64,000 bases of DNA, taken from NCBI GenBank assembly GCA_963977015.1, contig CAXBMO010000025.1, forward strand, positions 27,505 to 91,504. Direction: 5' to 3'. The notes beneath the pieces are model-generated. The model was not told the DNA's origin, did no database searches, and was given only the letters and a program-made list of their open reading frames with translations. Source of the stretch: an uncultured bacterium (GTDB taxonomy: Bacteria; Verrucomicrobiota; Verrucomicrobiia; Verrucomicrobiales; DEV007). Every line of letters starts with the position of its first letter. The first letter of the stretch is position 1. Positions 1-10,842 of the stretch are shown one piece after another. A program made the position numbers and the translations under genes.

Positions 1-3000
1 ATGTATTCCTCGTTGCGATAGAAGTGCTCATTGATCCGAATCATAACGCTGGAGATAAGCGGATTCTGCGGATAAGTCGCGGCGAGGGTCACATAGGCTT
101 CGAGCGCGTCGTCAAAGCGGGAGGCTTCCTCGTAGCATTGTCCCAACTTGTACTGCGCATCGGCCGCGAGGGTGTGGTCCGGATATTGGCGGACGATGGT
201 TTCATAGGACGTGATGGCCTGATCCCAATCCTTCAACTCCTGGGCAAACTGCCCAAGCAAATAAGCAACACGCGGGGCGTATTTGGGATCCGGATAATCT
301 TCCTGGAGCTCCTGAAGGACCCGCCGCCCGTTCTCCAAGTCTTCATAGGCATTATCCTGACGCTCCAAATTGAGGTGACTCTTGAATAGCTCAAAATAGC
401 TCTCCGCGATGTGGAACTGCGTCTGAATCGCGAGGGATTCATCGCCGAAGACCTTGGTGAAAGCCGCCACGGCGCCATCGGTGCCATCGGAAACGGGAAT
501 CTCAGTCTCAAGTTCGATGGGTTCGTCCTGACTGGCGGGTCGGGAGTCGACATATTTCGCCAACATCTGCTCACCAAAGAAGGCCTCCAGATTGGGTGCC
601 TCGGGCGTGTAATTGCCAGGCGTCGGCTTGCTCTGCGCCTTGAGCCTGAAGCTGCCGGTAAAAACCCCACTGTGACTCAGCGTCTCCTCCAACTCGACGC
701 TCTCCTCCTCGCCATGGGTGGACGCAATCTGCAGCGTGAGCTTGTCGCGTTCACCGCTCCGGTCCTGATCAGGATCGGTCAAACGCAGGTAGAGGCGCTC
801 GCCGACTTGCACACCTTCCACTGCTTCCTCATAAGCACTGTCGGTCGCGGCAAGTTGGGCGTTGCCGAGAAGTCTTCCCTGGTCGACGTGGGTTGTCGCT
901 TCCTGGGAAGGCGTATCAGAATCCAGGTAGGTTGCGGAGACCGTGTCCGCACCGGTCAAATTAAGGACGCTGAGCATCGACAGATCAAGACTGCCTGAAG
1001 TGGTCTGTCCAGTTAGAGGATCAACGTCAGAAGGAGGGAGTGCGCGGCCAACCAAGTTGTTGGGTAAATCAGGAGTCCGCGGAATCAACCTCGGACTGTC
1101 CGGCCCACCCAGCCTCATCAGCACCTGACCAACGAAGCGGCCTTCCTGAAGTGCAGGATTCCGGACACCAACGAGCGTTTCATTCAAGTCCGAGAAGGCC
1201 GTAGAGACGAAGCACTCCACCTCGGTCGGCGTTGCCGCCGGATCTGGGTTCCCATTCAGAGTAAGCTGAACCTTCACCGTGCTCAGTGAATCACGCGCCG
1301 CGTCGGGATCGATCACCTCCACCGTGAGCGGGACATCGTAACTCAGCCCCTTAATCTTGGCGCCATCGCTGCCCGGCAGGTAGGTGACCTCCATCTGCCG
1401 ATTCGTCTCTGGATCGGCGGGAGTGGAACGCGTTTCGATAATCCGCATCTTGGCGTCGGTCGGCTCGCGGACGTAAACCACGGCTTCGCGATCGATCGCA
1501 TGACCCGGAAAGGTGTTTTCCTGATCCCGATAGGTGACAAAGACCTGCTGTCCCGGCTTGAGCGCCAGCTTCGGCAAATCGGGCTTCGGCTCACTCTCCT
1601 CGCCGTTCGGAGTTTCCCCGCTAGCGGGTGTTTGCGCCGGCGCGGGTTCCGGCATATCCGGATTGTAAGAGTCGATCTCGGTTTTGAAGATGCCGGATGT
1701 TTCCTCGGTTTCGTAGGCCACCAGTTCAACGATTTCGCCGTCGCCAACCTGAACCTTGAGAGGAATCTTGTCTTCCTGACCGGTGGCATCCATGTCGTAA
1801 TCCACGATCTCTATCGTAATCCGTTCCCCCGGGTCGATGCGGAGAAGATCCTTGGTAATCTCGACCACCTGGCCATTGGGGTTGCGGATAAAATCGTAGG
1901 AGATCGGGCTGATCGAGCCGTTGTAATAAGTTGCGTTAAGCGATTGAGTCAGCGCGCGATTCCGTGGATTGCCCCCGGTGGGAAGCTCGTCGATATAGGT
2001 CGACTCAATCTGGTCGCCGGGAGTCAATTCCAGAACGTTGTTACTGCTGAGCATGAGGAGATCTGCCTCGGCCGGGATATATTGTTCTTCCGGCCCGGAA
2101 ACGGTGACGCTGTTGATTGCGACCGCCTGACCAAGGTACTCATCCACAACGAAGCGGACGTGACGAAGTTCGCGCGGCTCAATCTCGAACTTCCAATGTC
2201 CGTTGTCGTCGACTCCCATCGTGCCCATTTTGTAGTCACCGATCGTTTTGAGGTCGGCGACGAACGCCTGGGTGAGATCGAAATCCTCGGGAATAAAACG
2301 CATCGTCCGAACTTCGCTGATGTTTGGATTCTCCCGTGCTCGGCGAACTTCCACGGGACGCTGGGCGGAATCCGTGGACGTCGTGAAAAAGACCAGGTCA
2401 TGGAGCCCAGCTTCAAGAAACACATCGACGTGAATCTGCTGCTGAACGGGCACCGGTGGTTGAAAGAGAAATCCATCAATCGAGGCAGCGCAAAATTGGC
2501 CGCGCATCTCAAATCTCACGGCGCCATCACGCGGCTGAACAAAGGTCCCCTGCCATACGACCGCAACAGGATCAGGGCGGCGCTGGCGTCGGGCTTCCGG
2601 ATCAACCGGCAACTCGGTTTCGTAAATCAACTCGTCGACCTCCTCAGTCTCGTCCGGTGCCTGGGACGTCATTTTCTGAATTCGATCGACGGTCCAATCC
2701 GTCCGCACCCCAGTACGCCAGACTCTGCGGGTCATCTTCTTGAAGCTGCCCGAAACCAGCTTGGCGGTTTCGCGTTGCGGGTGCTCGGCCAACGGATACC
2801 AGAACCGGCCGTCGTGACTTCCCAGGACTCGCGCCCGAACCGGTGCCTGATCGAGGGGATTCGGAGTGGTGAAGGTGCCTTTGGAAAGCATGCGAAGCTC
2901 CTTCACATCCACACTCAACCACTTTGGAGTGAGCCCGTCAGGCTGGCTGACCCAGGTCGTCGATGGATCTTTGTCGATTGCCATGAGCGGGCTCTGGTCG

Positions 3001-6000
3001 ATCGCGGTATCGCTCGCCTGGGCTCCCGCGGGCAGATCGCTCGTCATCACCTGCCCCTCGAACCGGCCACTGTGGCTGCCGGATTCGTTCAAAATCGCCT
3101 GAACTTCGTCACCGCTGCTGGAGGTGAGCTTGACCGTGACCTGATCCGCGTTCTGCGTCAGGTCGCGATCCGGATCATCGACTCGAAGGTAGACCGGATT
3201 ACCAGGTTTGATCTCATTCCGAGGGCGACTGATCGAGCGGCGCAGGTCGAGGTTGATCTCCTGCTCGCGAGCAAGTTGCTCGGATTCCGTCTCTTCGTTC
3301 TCATCGATAATCTGCGAACTGGCCATTCGGAAATCCGCATCCGCAGCCATCCCGATGTCGCCAGTTGGCAGCGGCTCGAATTTGAACTCCTTCTTGAACA
3401 CCTCTGGGTAATCAACGTGGACAAGGTCATTGCCTCCAACCTCCAATACTCCGTTTCCGGGTTGAATCTGGCCCAGACCAGTCTCGATCTCTCCAATGAA
3501 GAGGCCTTTCCCGGCTCCGCCGCTGACGATATAGGTTACTTCTTTGTCGCCACCTGGCGTTGTGGTGACTTCGACCGGAATCCTCGTATGACCACGTGAA
3601 ATTCCGAGATCTGAATCCTGAACCACAATGCTGAGAGCTCGCCCCGGCTCATGCCAACGTTTTGATCCCTGCCCCAGCCGCCCGACGGTTCGAAGCAACT
3701 CGAGCTGTTCGAGGAATCGCTGCTCACCACCGTAAACTTCGGCCAGGTTGTAGAGCGTTTCGTTCGCCAAAGCAACATCCGGCATGGAACTGAGCACCTC
3801 GCGGAAGATGTCCCGGGCTTCGTCGGAATTCCCTTTCCGGTTTTCCAGCACGCCGAGGAGGAACATGCCGCGAACACGAATCTTTGCCATCGGGCTGTTT
3901 GCCAACTCCTGAAACTTTTCTTCAGCTTGATCGAAGATCTTCTGTGCCATGAGCGTTTCACCGATCCCGAACTGCGCCTCGGTCGCTTCCTCGGTGTCGG
4001 GGTACCGATTCACCACTGTTGTGTATTCGCTTCGAGCAACTTCATATCGTTTCCCGCGGTGATAGTTTTTTCCGAGCAGAAACTGCATCGTTGCCTTTTC
4101 CGATGCCGTGAATTTCTCGCTTTCGCTGTGCTTGATCATCCACTTGCGCAGAATCTCCTCAGCGCGATTGTGATTTTCCTCGCCGCCCGCCACAATGTGG
4201 GAATCGGCCGCAAACGAGACCAACTCCACTGGCAATTCGAGCATGTATTCGTCGAACAATTGGAGGTTGGAACTATAGGCCTCCAAGGCACGTTCCCGGT
4301 CTTCTAACCGGAGGTGAACCCCGATCTCAAGGAGCGGCGCCATCGGGTTGTCAGCGCTCACTTCCATGCCGAGTGCGCCCATCTTGCCATAGGCCTCACG
4401 CACCAACGAACGGGCTCTCTCCATCGCGTCAACCCCGGCACTGTTTCCCACATTGTTCAGCAAGGCAGTCGCGAGCGTTGCCGCTTCAGCATTTTCGTTT
4501 CGGGCGAGTGCCTTCTGTGCCCACGGAAACTGATAACGAAAGGTGTTGGAATCCTTCGGCGAATTCATCGTCGCATTGCGATACGCCAGGAGCCGCTCCA
4601 TGGGCTTCAGGGCATGCCCTTCCACTTCCAACACGGCGAGACGGGCCAGTTCGCTTTCCCGGCCGTAGTCCATGTCGGCGCAGGTCTGGTAGATTGTTAG
4701 CTTCTGCTCGGCTGTAATCTCGGTGCTCTGCATCGCCCGGCTCACCCAGTCATGCAGACTGAAGCTCCAGGAGCGCAGCCGTCGCTCGTCCTGGCGCTTG
4801 CGCGTCTCCCGGCAGATTCGTTCCCAATTCGCATAATCTCCGATCCGGAAGTATTCGTAGGCTAGGTAATTCGCATAGTGTCCGTGATTATCGCCCGGCG
4901 TAGCATCGTAGTAAGGCTTGTAGAAATTGATTCGCTCCTGCCCCTCCGCCTTGCGATTCCCCAGCATGTTCACCGCACTGGCGGTATCGCTGTGGTTGGG
5001 TTCATGCTTGATTGCCTCGCTGGCATAAGCACCAGCCTCGGCCTCCAGTTCCCGGCTCACCAGCCGACTGATGATGTGATTGGCATAGCCGTTACTCCAG
5101 CCCAAGCGGGCGTTGTTCTTTCGAATCCACTCATAGGCCTTCTTCATGAGCGGTTGGTCCTCGGTTTTGGAGGCGCAGTTGATCGCGTGGTAATAGGCCG
5201 CTGCGTCCTGAGCGGGCAAATCAAATCGCATCACGTGCTCCAGGGCGATCCGGGCTTCGTCTGCCTTCCCATAATTCCCCGCTGCCTCGACCCATTGCCG
5301 CGCCGGTTCGTATTCGTCGGGAAGCAGCTTCGCCAACTGCTCGTAAAACGGGATCGATTCGTTGCGCCGGCGTGAGTCGCCGTAATTGCGAATGTCCGAG
5401 GCGTGCAGGTAAAGTAGCTTGGCCTTCTGCTCCTTGGAGAGATTGGTCTTCAACAATTGCTCCCGGGCACCATGGCCACGCATCCGGTTTTGCAGGGCCG
5501 AAGCCCAAAGCCGGACCGCGTTGTCCTGTCTCACCTTGTTGTTCTCGTCCTTGGCCCACTTAAGACGTTTGCGGGTCTCTTCATCCTTCGAGTTCTTCAC
5601 CTGGCCCATCCAGTATTCGAGCGCATTGGTGTAGTTCGGCAGGTGGCCATTCTTCTTGGAGTGAGCCACCCACTGGCGAATTTCCTTCTGGAACTCGGCC
5701 TCGTTCGGAGCGGTTTCCAACAACCAGTTGAGAGCCGAGCGATACTCGCTGCTCACGTTGTCCGCCGGAGAATCAGCATAGAGAAATCCCCGCAGGATTT
5801 GCCGAGTCTGGTTCTCGTTTTTCAATCGGTCACGATAGAGAGAAAACGCCGCATAGTAGTCAAGCCGCCAGGCATCTTCCGGATTCGCGCGTCGCGCTTG
5901 CTGGTAAATCTGCACCCCTCGTTCGTGCATCGCCTTGTTTTCCTCCCCAGCCCCCGGGAGCCAGCCAAAATAAGTGCTCGACCAATAGGCGTGTTTTTTG

Positions 6001-7019
6001 AGGACCTCCTGCGCGATCGAGAGCGCACCATTGAGATCGCCATTGCGCTGTTTGTCGCTCGCCAACAGGTTCCGCATCTCCATTTGGTAATAAACGCGGT
6101 CATTCGGAAAATTCCGAATGTATTGATCGACCGCCTGTTGAATCTGGTTGTGCGGTGCCTTGGAATCATAGAGAGAGCGAACCAGATTCTTATGGGAATC
6201 GACATAGCTCGAATCCAGAGCAATCGCCTCCCGATAAATCTTGATGGCATTGGAATGCTGACCTTGCCCACGGTAAATATCCCCCATCCAATTGCGGAAC
6301 TCCCAGCCTTGGCGGGAATCAAAGGGAAGCTTCTTTTGCATGGCCTTAAGGCCGATCTGAATACAAAGCGGCTGATTTTTCCCGTAGTGACGGGTTTGAT
6401 ACATGGCGTTGTAGGCGAATTGGGCCGCCGACACGTTGGCTGGAAGTTGATCGATGATTTTCAGCGCCATCTCGCCCATGATTTTGGCCGTCTCTGGATT
6501 GCGCATATCGTAGTAGAGCCGAAACGCCTTTTCGGCGTGCGGGATCCCGTTCCGTCCCAGTTTTTCCCAAGCTCCGCGATAGTGATCCGCCGCTTCACGT
6601 CTTTTGTTCTCCGCGTCGAAGACCTCGCCCAAGGCGAGGTGTACTTCCGCGACGCGTTTCGAATTCGGATAACGCTCAAGAAACTGTAGCCCGGTGGATT
6701 TGATTTCGTTGTTCCGGCTCGCCGCCATCAGCCCCTCCATCAGCCGCCACATTGTCTCTTCATGCTTGGGGTGACTCGCCTGAGTATTGACAAACGTCCG
6801 AGCGGTACGCACCAAACCAAAGAGCTGACCTTCGGCATAGTAGGTGTCGATCAACTCCAACATGATTCGCGCTCCGGCATCGGACGATTCCAAGGTTTGG
6901 CGCAGCTTCGCCTCCAAATCAGCAGCCCGCTTTTCGGCTTCGGTTTGCGCGTAAAGCTGTGCCGTCAATCCAGCCGCAAGGGCAATTACACCCAGCGTTC
7001 TTAGCAATAGTGTCTTCAT
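1..7019 (-). CDS. Giant secreted TPR-repeat protein (>2339 aa, 3' end outside window) with discoidin(F5/8C)-like and PA14-like segments
   Basis: Hand translation from the ATG at 7019 gives MKTLLLRTLGVIALAAGLTAQLYAQTEAEKRAADLEAKL (signal peptide). The same frame still reads TPR-like at the window edge (..ATYPQNPLISSVMIRINEHFYRNEEY). The ORF track lists no stop-terminated ORF in this frame, consistent with no internal stop. Internal AIDKDPSTTWVSQP..WLSVD (~2900-2990) and VVWQGTFVQP..VFLEAGLHDL (~2390-2565). Confidence 0.85.
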   Translation of the reverse strand, partial: MKTLLLRTLGVIALAAGLTAQLYAQTEAEKRAADLEAKLRQTLESSDAGARIMLELIDTYYAEGQLFGLVRTARTFVNTQASHPKHEETMWRLMEGLMAASRNNEIKSTGLQFLERYPNSKRVAEVHLALGEVFDAENKRREAADHYRGAWEKLGRNGIPHAEKAFRLYYDMRNPETAKIMGEMALKIIDQLPANVSAAQFAYNAMYQTRHYGKNQPLCIQIGLKAMQKKLPFDSRQGWEFRNWMGDIYRGQGQHSNAIKIYREAIALDSSYVDSHKNLVRSLYDSKAPHNQIQQAVDQYIRNFPNDRVYYQMEMRNLLASDKQRNGDLNGALSIAQEVLKKHAYWSSTYFGWLPGAGEENKAMHERGVQIYQQARRANPEDAWRLDYYAAFSLYRDRLKNENQTRQILRGFLYADSPADNVSSEYRSALNWLLETAPNEAEFQKEIRQWVAHSKKNGHLPNYTNALEYWMGQVKNSKDEETRKRLKWAKDENNKVRQDNAVRLWASALQNRMRGHGAREQLLKTNLSKEQKAKLLYLHASDIRNYGDSRRRNESIPFYEQLAKLLPDEYEPARQWVEAAGNYGKADEARIALEHVMRFDLPAQDAAAYYHAINCASKTEDQPLMKKAYEWIRKNNARLGWSNGYANHIISRLVSRELEAEAGAYASEAIKHEPNHSDTASAVNMLGNRKAEGQERINFYKPYYDATPGDNHGHYANYLAYEYFRIGDYANWERICRETRKRQDERRLRSWSFSLHDWVSRAMQSTEITAEQKLTIYQTCADMDYGRESELARLAVLEVEGHALKPMERLLAYRNATMNSPKDSNTFRYQFPWAQKALARNENAEAATLATALLNNVGNSAGVDAMERARSLVREAYGKMGALGMEVSADNPMAPLLEIGVHLRLEDRERALEAYSSNLQLFDEYMLELPVELVSFAADSHIVAGGEENHNRAEEILRKWMIKHSESEKFTASEKATMQFLLGKNYHRGKRYEVARSEYTTVVNRYPDTEEATEAQFGIGETLMAQKIFDQAEEKFQELANSPMAKIRVRGMFLLGVLENRKGNSDEARDIFREVLSSMPDVALANETLYNLAEVYGGEQRFLEQLELLRTVGRLGQGSKRWHEPGRALSIVVQDSDLGISRGHTRIPVEVTTTPGGDKEVTYIVSGGAGKGLFIGEIETGLGQIQPGNGVLEVGGNDLVHVDYPEVFKKEFKFEPLPTGDIGMAADADFRMASSQIIDENEETESEQLAREQEINLDLRRSISRPRNEIKPGNPVYLRVDDPDRDLTQNADQVTVKLTSSSGDEVQAILNESGSHSGRFEGQVMTSDLPAGAQASDTAIDQSPLMAIDKDPSTTWVSQPDGLTPKWLSVDVKELRMLSKGTFTTPNPLDQAPVRARVLGSHDGRFWYPLAEHPQRETAKLVSGSFKKMTRRVWRTGVRTDWTVDRIQKMTSQAPDETEEVDELIYETELPVDPEARRQRRPDPVAVVWQGTFVQPRDGAVRFEMRGQFCAASIDGFLFQPPVPVQQQIHVDVFLEAGLHDLVFFTTSTDSAQRPVEVRRARENPNISEVRTMRFIPEDFDLTQAFVADLKTIGDYKMGTMGVDDNGHWKFEIEPRELRHVRFVVDEYLGQAVAINSVTVSGPEEQYIPAEADLLMLSSNNVLELTPGDQIESTYIDELPTGGNPRNRALTQSLNATYYNGSISPISYDFIRNPNGQVVEITKDLLRIDPGERITIEIVDYDMDATGQEDKIPLKVQVGDGEIVELVAYETEETSGIFKTEIDSYNPDMPEPAPAQTPASGETPNGEESEPKPDLPKLALKPGQQVFVTYRDQENTFPGHAIDREAVVYVREPTDAKMRIIETRSTPADPETNRQMEVTYLPGSDGAKIKGLSYDVPLTVEVIDPDAARDSLSTVKVQLTLNGNPDPAATPTEVECFVSTAFSDLNETLVGVRNPALQEGRFVGQVLMRLGGPDSPRLIPRTPDLPNNLVGRALPPSDVDPLTGQTTSGSLDLSMLSVLNLTGADTVSATYLDSDTPSQEATTHVDQGRLLGNAQLAATDSAYEEAVEGVQVGERLYLRLTDPDQDRSGERDKLTLQIASTHGEEESVELEETLSHSGVFTGSFRLKAQSKPTPGNYTPEAPNLEAFFGEQMLAKYVDSRPASQDEPIELETEIPVSDGTDGAVAAFTKVFGDESLAIQTQFHIAESYFELFKSHLNLERQDNAYEDLENGRRVLQELQEDYPDPKYAPRVAYLLGQFAQELKDWDQAITSYETIVRQYPDHTLAADAQYKLGQCYEEASRFDDALEAYVTLAATYPQNPLISSVMIRINEHFYRNEEY

Positions 7020-7032
7020 AGGTGTTCCGCCG

Positions 7033-9387
7033 TTAGTATCCCGCTTTAACCAACGCATCGCTGATGCGCTTCGCTTCGGATGCAACGTCGCTTTCGGGAA
7101 AATCGTTAATCAACTGGTCAAACATGGTTCGAGCTTCTTTCCGCTGGCTTAGGCGATAGAGACATCGACCGTAGTTGAACATGATGATGTCGAGGAAGTT
7201 CGCATCCGGGTAATCGGCAAGGACATTTTCAAAGACATCAATGGCCCGGGCATAATCCTCCTTCTGGTAGTAGAAATTGGCCATCTTCGCGACGGCATCC
7301 CCTACGCGACCGCTTTCCGGAAATTGCTCATACACTTTCTGATATTCCACAAAGGCGCGCTCGTAGAGCTGGGTTGCCTGTTGCGCGCTGGCATCCGCCG
7401 CCATGTCTTCATAGGTTTCGGCGATCCCAAATTGTGCCTCTCCTTTAAGCGGGCTTTCGTTCAAGCGAAGGACGGAGCTAAAAAGATTGATCGCCTCACT
7501 CAAACGCCCCTGACCGCGAAAGGCATTCGCTTGCTGGAGCATCGCCTCATCGACAAACGAGGATTCCGGAAACTCGCGCATCAGTCGCTGGCTCATGGCC
7601 ACGGCAAGCCGGAAATCGCCCATCGCAAAATAGGTCCGCCAAAGCTGAACATAGGCCTGCTCCAAAATTGAACCGCCCAGATTTCGGGCTTCCTCCAGGA
7701 TCTCCTCTGCAACCTGAAGTGCCTCTTCGTACTTCAGGTCAGCCTTGTCCTGGAGGCCGAACTCCTGATAGTGATTTCCGATGTTGGTCAATGCCTCGGC
7801 CGTGCGAAGTTGCGTCCTGGTTCTCAACTCGGAATCATCGATGCTCGTCTTGGTCACACGAACGTTGCCCAGATTCCCCTCAATGCAGGTGGCCTGGGTC
7901 ACCAAATCCCGGGCCGTGCGGGTCAAATTCACATCGTCCTTATAGCGTAGCCTAACCAAATCACCGGGTTGCGCCTGCAGAATCGCGTCATTCCGCTTGG
8001 GCTGTTCCGCGGCCTCGATGACCACCGTTCCGCGAAACGCGCCGCTGTGAAACGTGGGATCCTCCGCCGCTGATTCCTGAACTTCAGCGGCAAATTCGCC
8101 CGCGCTAGCCGGATCTTCGGGCGCTGGATCAGGAGGCGAAACCGGTGGAGCCTCGGCGATCACTTCATCCTGCGTATCGGTCGGGTCGGACGCGTTTTCT
8201 TCCGCTGCAGGAGGCGGATCCTGCTTGATTTCGGTTAACTGAACCCGCGTTTGGTCGATCTTCTTGTATCGCTCGATTTTCGGCTTGTCAGATTCGGGTG
8301 CGTTCCCATCCGGCAACCCGCCGTTCGCCGCCAATTCTGCCAATTCCGCATCTAATTCCTCGGTTGATTTTTCCCGCCAAACCTCCGCGACCGCATCCAG
8401 CTTGTCCGGATTGTCGCTCACGTCCTTATCCGCATCGAAAATCTGCAAATTCGCCTGCTTGCCGATCACGACTCCGGCCAGAGAATCCGCAAACGATCCG
8501 TCCGTGATCTGCACGATTGCCGACCCGACGACCTTCACCGTGAAAAGCCGAGCCTGATCGAACTTTCGATCTGCGGTGTGCGAATCAACATAGATTACCT
8601 CAACTTCGTCGCCGCCTTTGATTTCGAGCTGATGATTACCGGGTATCGGACGGCCGAGCGCGGTGGGGATCGAGCCCAACACGACCCGCACCTGCCGCCC
8701 AATCGGGTGACAAATGACTTGTTCTTCATCCCCGCTCTTGGCCCTGCAAACCACGGTAACCGTTTCGCCCGGCTCAAGAATCGCAAGATCTTGGTCGTCA
8801 ATCTTCACAAAAAGCCGCTGCCCGGCCTCGACCTTTTCAATCTGCTTGTCTTCTTCGGAAAGCGCGGTGCCAACCTTTTCGAGCGCTTCGATGGCCCGGC
8901 TGTAGTGGCCGAGTTTGAAGTGACCCAACCCAATGTAGTAATACGCCTCGTTGACGTGGGCCGAGGTGGAGAAATCCTCAATCACCGAACGCAGAATCTT
9001 GAAACACTGCCCGTAAAATCGCCCCTCGTAGAAACAAATTCCGGTTTTAAGCGTCGCTTCGGCGCGTTGCTCCTCGTCCACATTCGTCTCGGCCGATGCG
9101 GCTTCAAAATGGCCTCGCGCTTCGTCAAACGCCCGCTTCTTCTCCAGCAGATAGTCCCCCAATCGCATATGCGCGTCATAGCGGACCTTGCTTCGCGGAT
9201 AGCGCTCAATGACCGAGCGCCAAATTTCCAGCGCCTTCTCGGTTTCATCAGCCTCGATACGGGTATCGCCAGCTTCAAGAAGCTTGCGAGCCGCGCGGTC
9301 TTCCATCAGCGAGCCGCGTTCCTGCGCCCAAGCGCCGGAGGTGATCACGATAAAGCTGGCCAGGAGCGCCAGAAAGCGTCGCATCAT
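7033..9387 (-). CDS. Secreted TPR-repeat protein (BamD/YfiO/CpoB-like repeats)
   Basis: ORF 7033..9507. Likely start at MMRRFLALLASFIVITSGAWAQ (signal peptide). N- and C-terminal TPRs (EAYYYIGLGHFKLGHYSRAIEALEK; FNYGRCLYRL..FDQLINDFPES). Confidence 0.85.
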   Translation of the reverse strand: MMRRFLALLASFIVITSGAWAQERGSLMEDRAARKLLEAGDTRIEADETEKALEIWRSVIERYPRSKVRYDAHMRLGDYLLEKKRAFDEARGHFEAASAETNVDEEQRAEATLKTGICFYEGRFYGQCFKILRSVIEDFSTSAHVNEAYYYIGLGHFKLGHYSRAIEALEKVGTALSEEDKQIEKVEAGQRLFVKIDDQDLAILEPGETVTVVCRAKSGDEEQVICHPIGRQVRVVLGSIPTALGRPIPGNHQLEIKGGDEVEVIYVDSHTADRKFDQARLFTVKVVGSAIVQITDGSFADSLAGVVIGKQANLQIFDADKDVSDNPDKLDAVAEVWREKSTEELDAELAELAANGGLPDGNAPESDKPKIERYKKIDQTRVQLTEIKQDPPPAAEENASDPTDTQDEVIAEAPPVSPPDPAPEDPASAGEFAAEVQESAAEDPTFHSGAFRGTVVIEAAEQPKRNDAILQAQPGDLVRLRYKDDVNLTRTARDLVTQATCIEGNLGNVRVTKTSIDDSELRTRTQLRTAEALTNIGNHYQEFGLQDKADLKYEEALQVAEEILEEARNLGGSILEQAYVQLWRTYFAMGDFRLAVAMSQRLMREFPESSFVDEAMLQQANAFRGQGRLSEAINLFSSVLRLNESPLKGEAQFGIAETYEDMAADASAQQATQLYERAFVEYQKVYEQFPESGRVGDAVAKMANFYYQKEDYARAIDVFENVLADYPDANFLDIIMFNYGRCLYRLSQRKEARTMFDQLINDFPESDVASEAKRISDALVKAGY

Positions 9388-9457
9388 GTTGTTCCCGGTT
9401 TGTGGGGGTTGAGTTCGGTGGAGGAGGATTGCGTGACGGGGCATATCTCGACAGAAA

Positions 9458-9487
9458 GGGCGTGCGAACCGTGCGGCCCGCACGCCC
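9458..9487 (-). terminator. Possible intrinsic terminator or stabilising hairpin between the DUF1501 and TPR genes
   Basis: GGGCGTGCG...CGCACGCCC stem followed on the minus strand by TTTCTGT; the U-tract is weak. Confidence 0.35.
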
Positions 9488-9507
9488 CCCGGGAGGAAAT
9501 CGTGCAA

Positions 9508-10776
9508 TTAGGCGAACAGCTCGCCAATCGGATTGGAGCCTTTGCGCACCAGCGTCATTGGGCGCCCATCCGGCGTCGTGAGCGGTTTGGCATAGTCGAT
9601 CCCCATGGCGTGAAGAATGGAAGCGTGAATGTCCGGCACATGAACCGGGCGGTCTTCCGGCAGCATGCCGTCCATATCGGACGAACCTACGACGTTCCCG
9701 CCTTTGACGCCACCTCCAGCCATGAACATGGAGAAAACCTTGGCGTAGTGGTCACGACCGGCATTCTGGTTGACCCGCGGAGTTCTACCAAACTCGGAAA
9801 GCATCACCACCAGGGTGGTGTCGAGCTTGCCGCTGGCAGCCAGGTCTTCGATCAAACTCGCCAACGCGGGGTCCATCACTTCACCATGGGTCCGCATCGC
9901 CGGGAAAATCTCCTCGTGATTGTCAAATCCACCTCGGTTCACTTGAACGAAGCGAACGCCGGTTTCGACGAGTTTGCGCGCGAGAAGAGCTGCACGGCCG
10001 AAGTCGGTTTCCCCATAACGAGCCAAGGTCTGGGGGGATTCCTTCTCCAGGTCGAATACTGAAAGCTGAGGGCTGCGCATCAGATCGATGGCATCGTTCA
10101 ACGCGGTTTCGGCCGCCTTCATCTCTTGAGCACCGAATTTCTGCGAGGAACGGAGATTCATCTTGGCCAGAATATCGAGGCGTTTGTTGCCTTGAACCTG
10201 GTTGATGCCTTCAGGGAACGCCAGGTATGGATCGCGTTCGCCGGGACGACCAATGTAGTAGGCCTCGCAGCTTTGACCGAGATAACCGGCGCGGGGAGCA
10301 CGGCCCCCGATACTGACGAACGCAGGCAGATCGCTCTGCGCGTTGCGTTGACTAACCACCACCGAACCAATACCAGGATGGATCGTCGTGTTACTGGTCT
10401 GTTGGAAACTGGACTGCAATTCATAGGTCGCACGACCATGGTCACCGTTTGTTCCTGCGATGGAGCGGATCAGCGAGGCGTGATGCATCTGCTTCGCGAC
10501 CTTTGGGAAAATCTCGCTGATTTCAATTCCGTCGACCGAAGTCTTGATGGGCGAGAATTCACCAGCGGTTGGGCGCCCCGGTTTCGGATCCCAGGTGTCG
10601 ATATGGCTCATCCCACCACCGTTCCAGAACAGGATGACCTGCTCGGCTCTCGGGGCGACAGACGGATTTGCGACGAGGCTGCGTACGGGCATGCCCAGAA
10701 ACGTAGCAGCGCCAGTGATGCCAGCTCCTTGGAGCATTCGGCGGCGAGTCATGTGGTAGTCTTTACAACCAGTCAT
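9508..10776 (-). CDS. DUF1501 family protein (Tat-exported)
   Basis: TRRRMLQ Tat-like motif; GGMSHIDTWDPKP, ARKLVETGVRFV, SEFGRTP..N.NAGRDH motifs. Confidence 0.9.
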   Translation of the reverse strand: MTGCKDYHMTRRRMLQGAGITGAATFLGMPVRSLVANPSVAPRAEQVILFWNGGGMSHIDTWDPKPGRPTAGEFSPIKTSVDGIEISEIFPKVAKQMHHASLIRSIAGTNGDHGRATYELQSSFQQTSNTTIHPGIGSVVVSQRNAQSDLPAFVSIGGRAPRAGYLGQSCEAYYIGRPGERDPYLAFPEGINQVQGNKRLDILAKMNLRSSQKFGAQEMKAAETALNDAIDLMRSPQLSVFDLEKESPQTLARYGETDFGRAALLARKLVETGVRFVQVNRGGFDNHEEIFPAMRTHGEVMDPALASLIEDLAASGKLDTTLVVMLSEFGRTPRVNQNAGRDHYAKVFSMFMAGGGVKGGNVVGSSDMDGMLPEDRPVHVPDIHASILHAMGIDYAKPLTTPDGRPMTLVRKGSNPIGELFA

Positions 10777-10842
10777 TGGAGTGTGGGTTTTGGTAGTGGG
10801 TTTTTGTGGTGCGAGTGGCAGAACACCGCAGGGGAAACTCGG

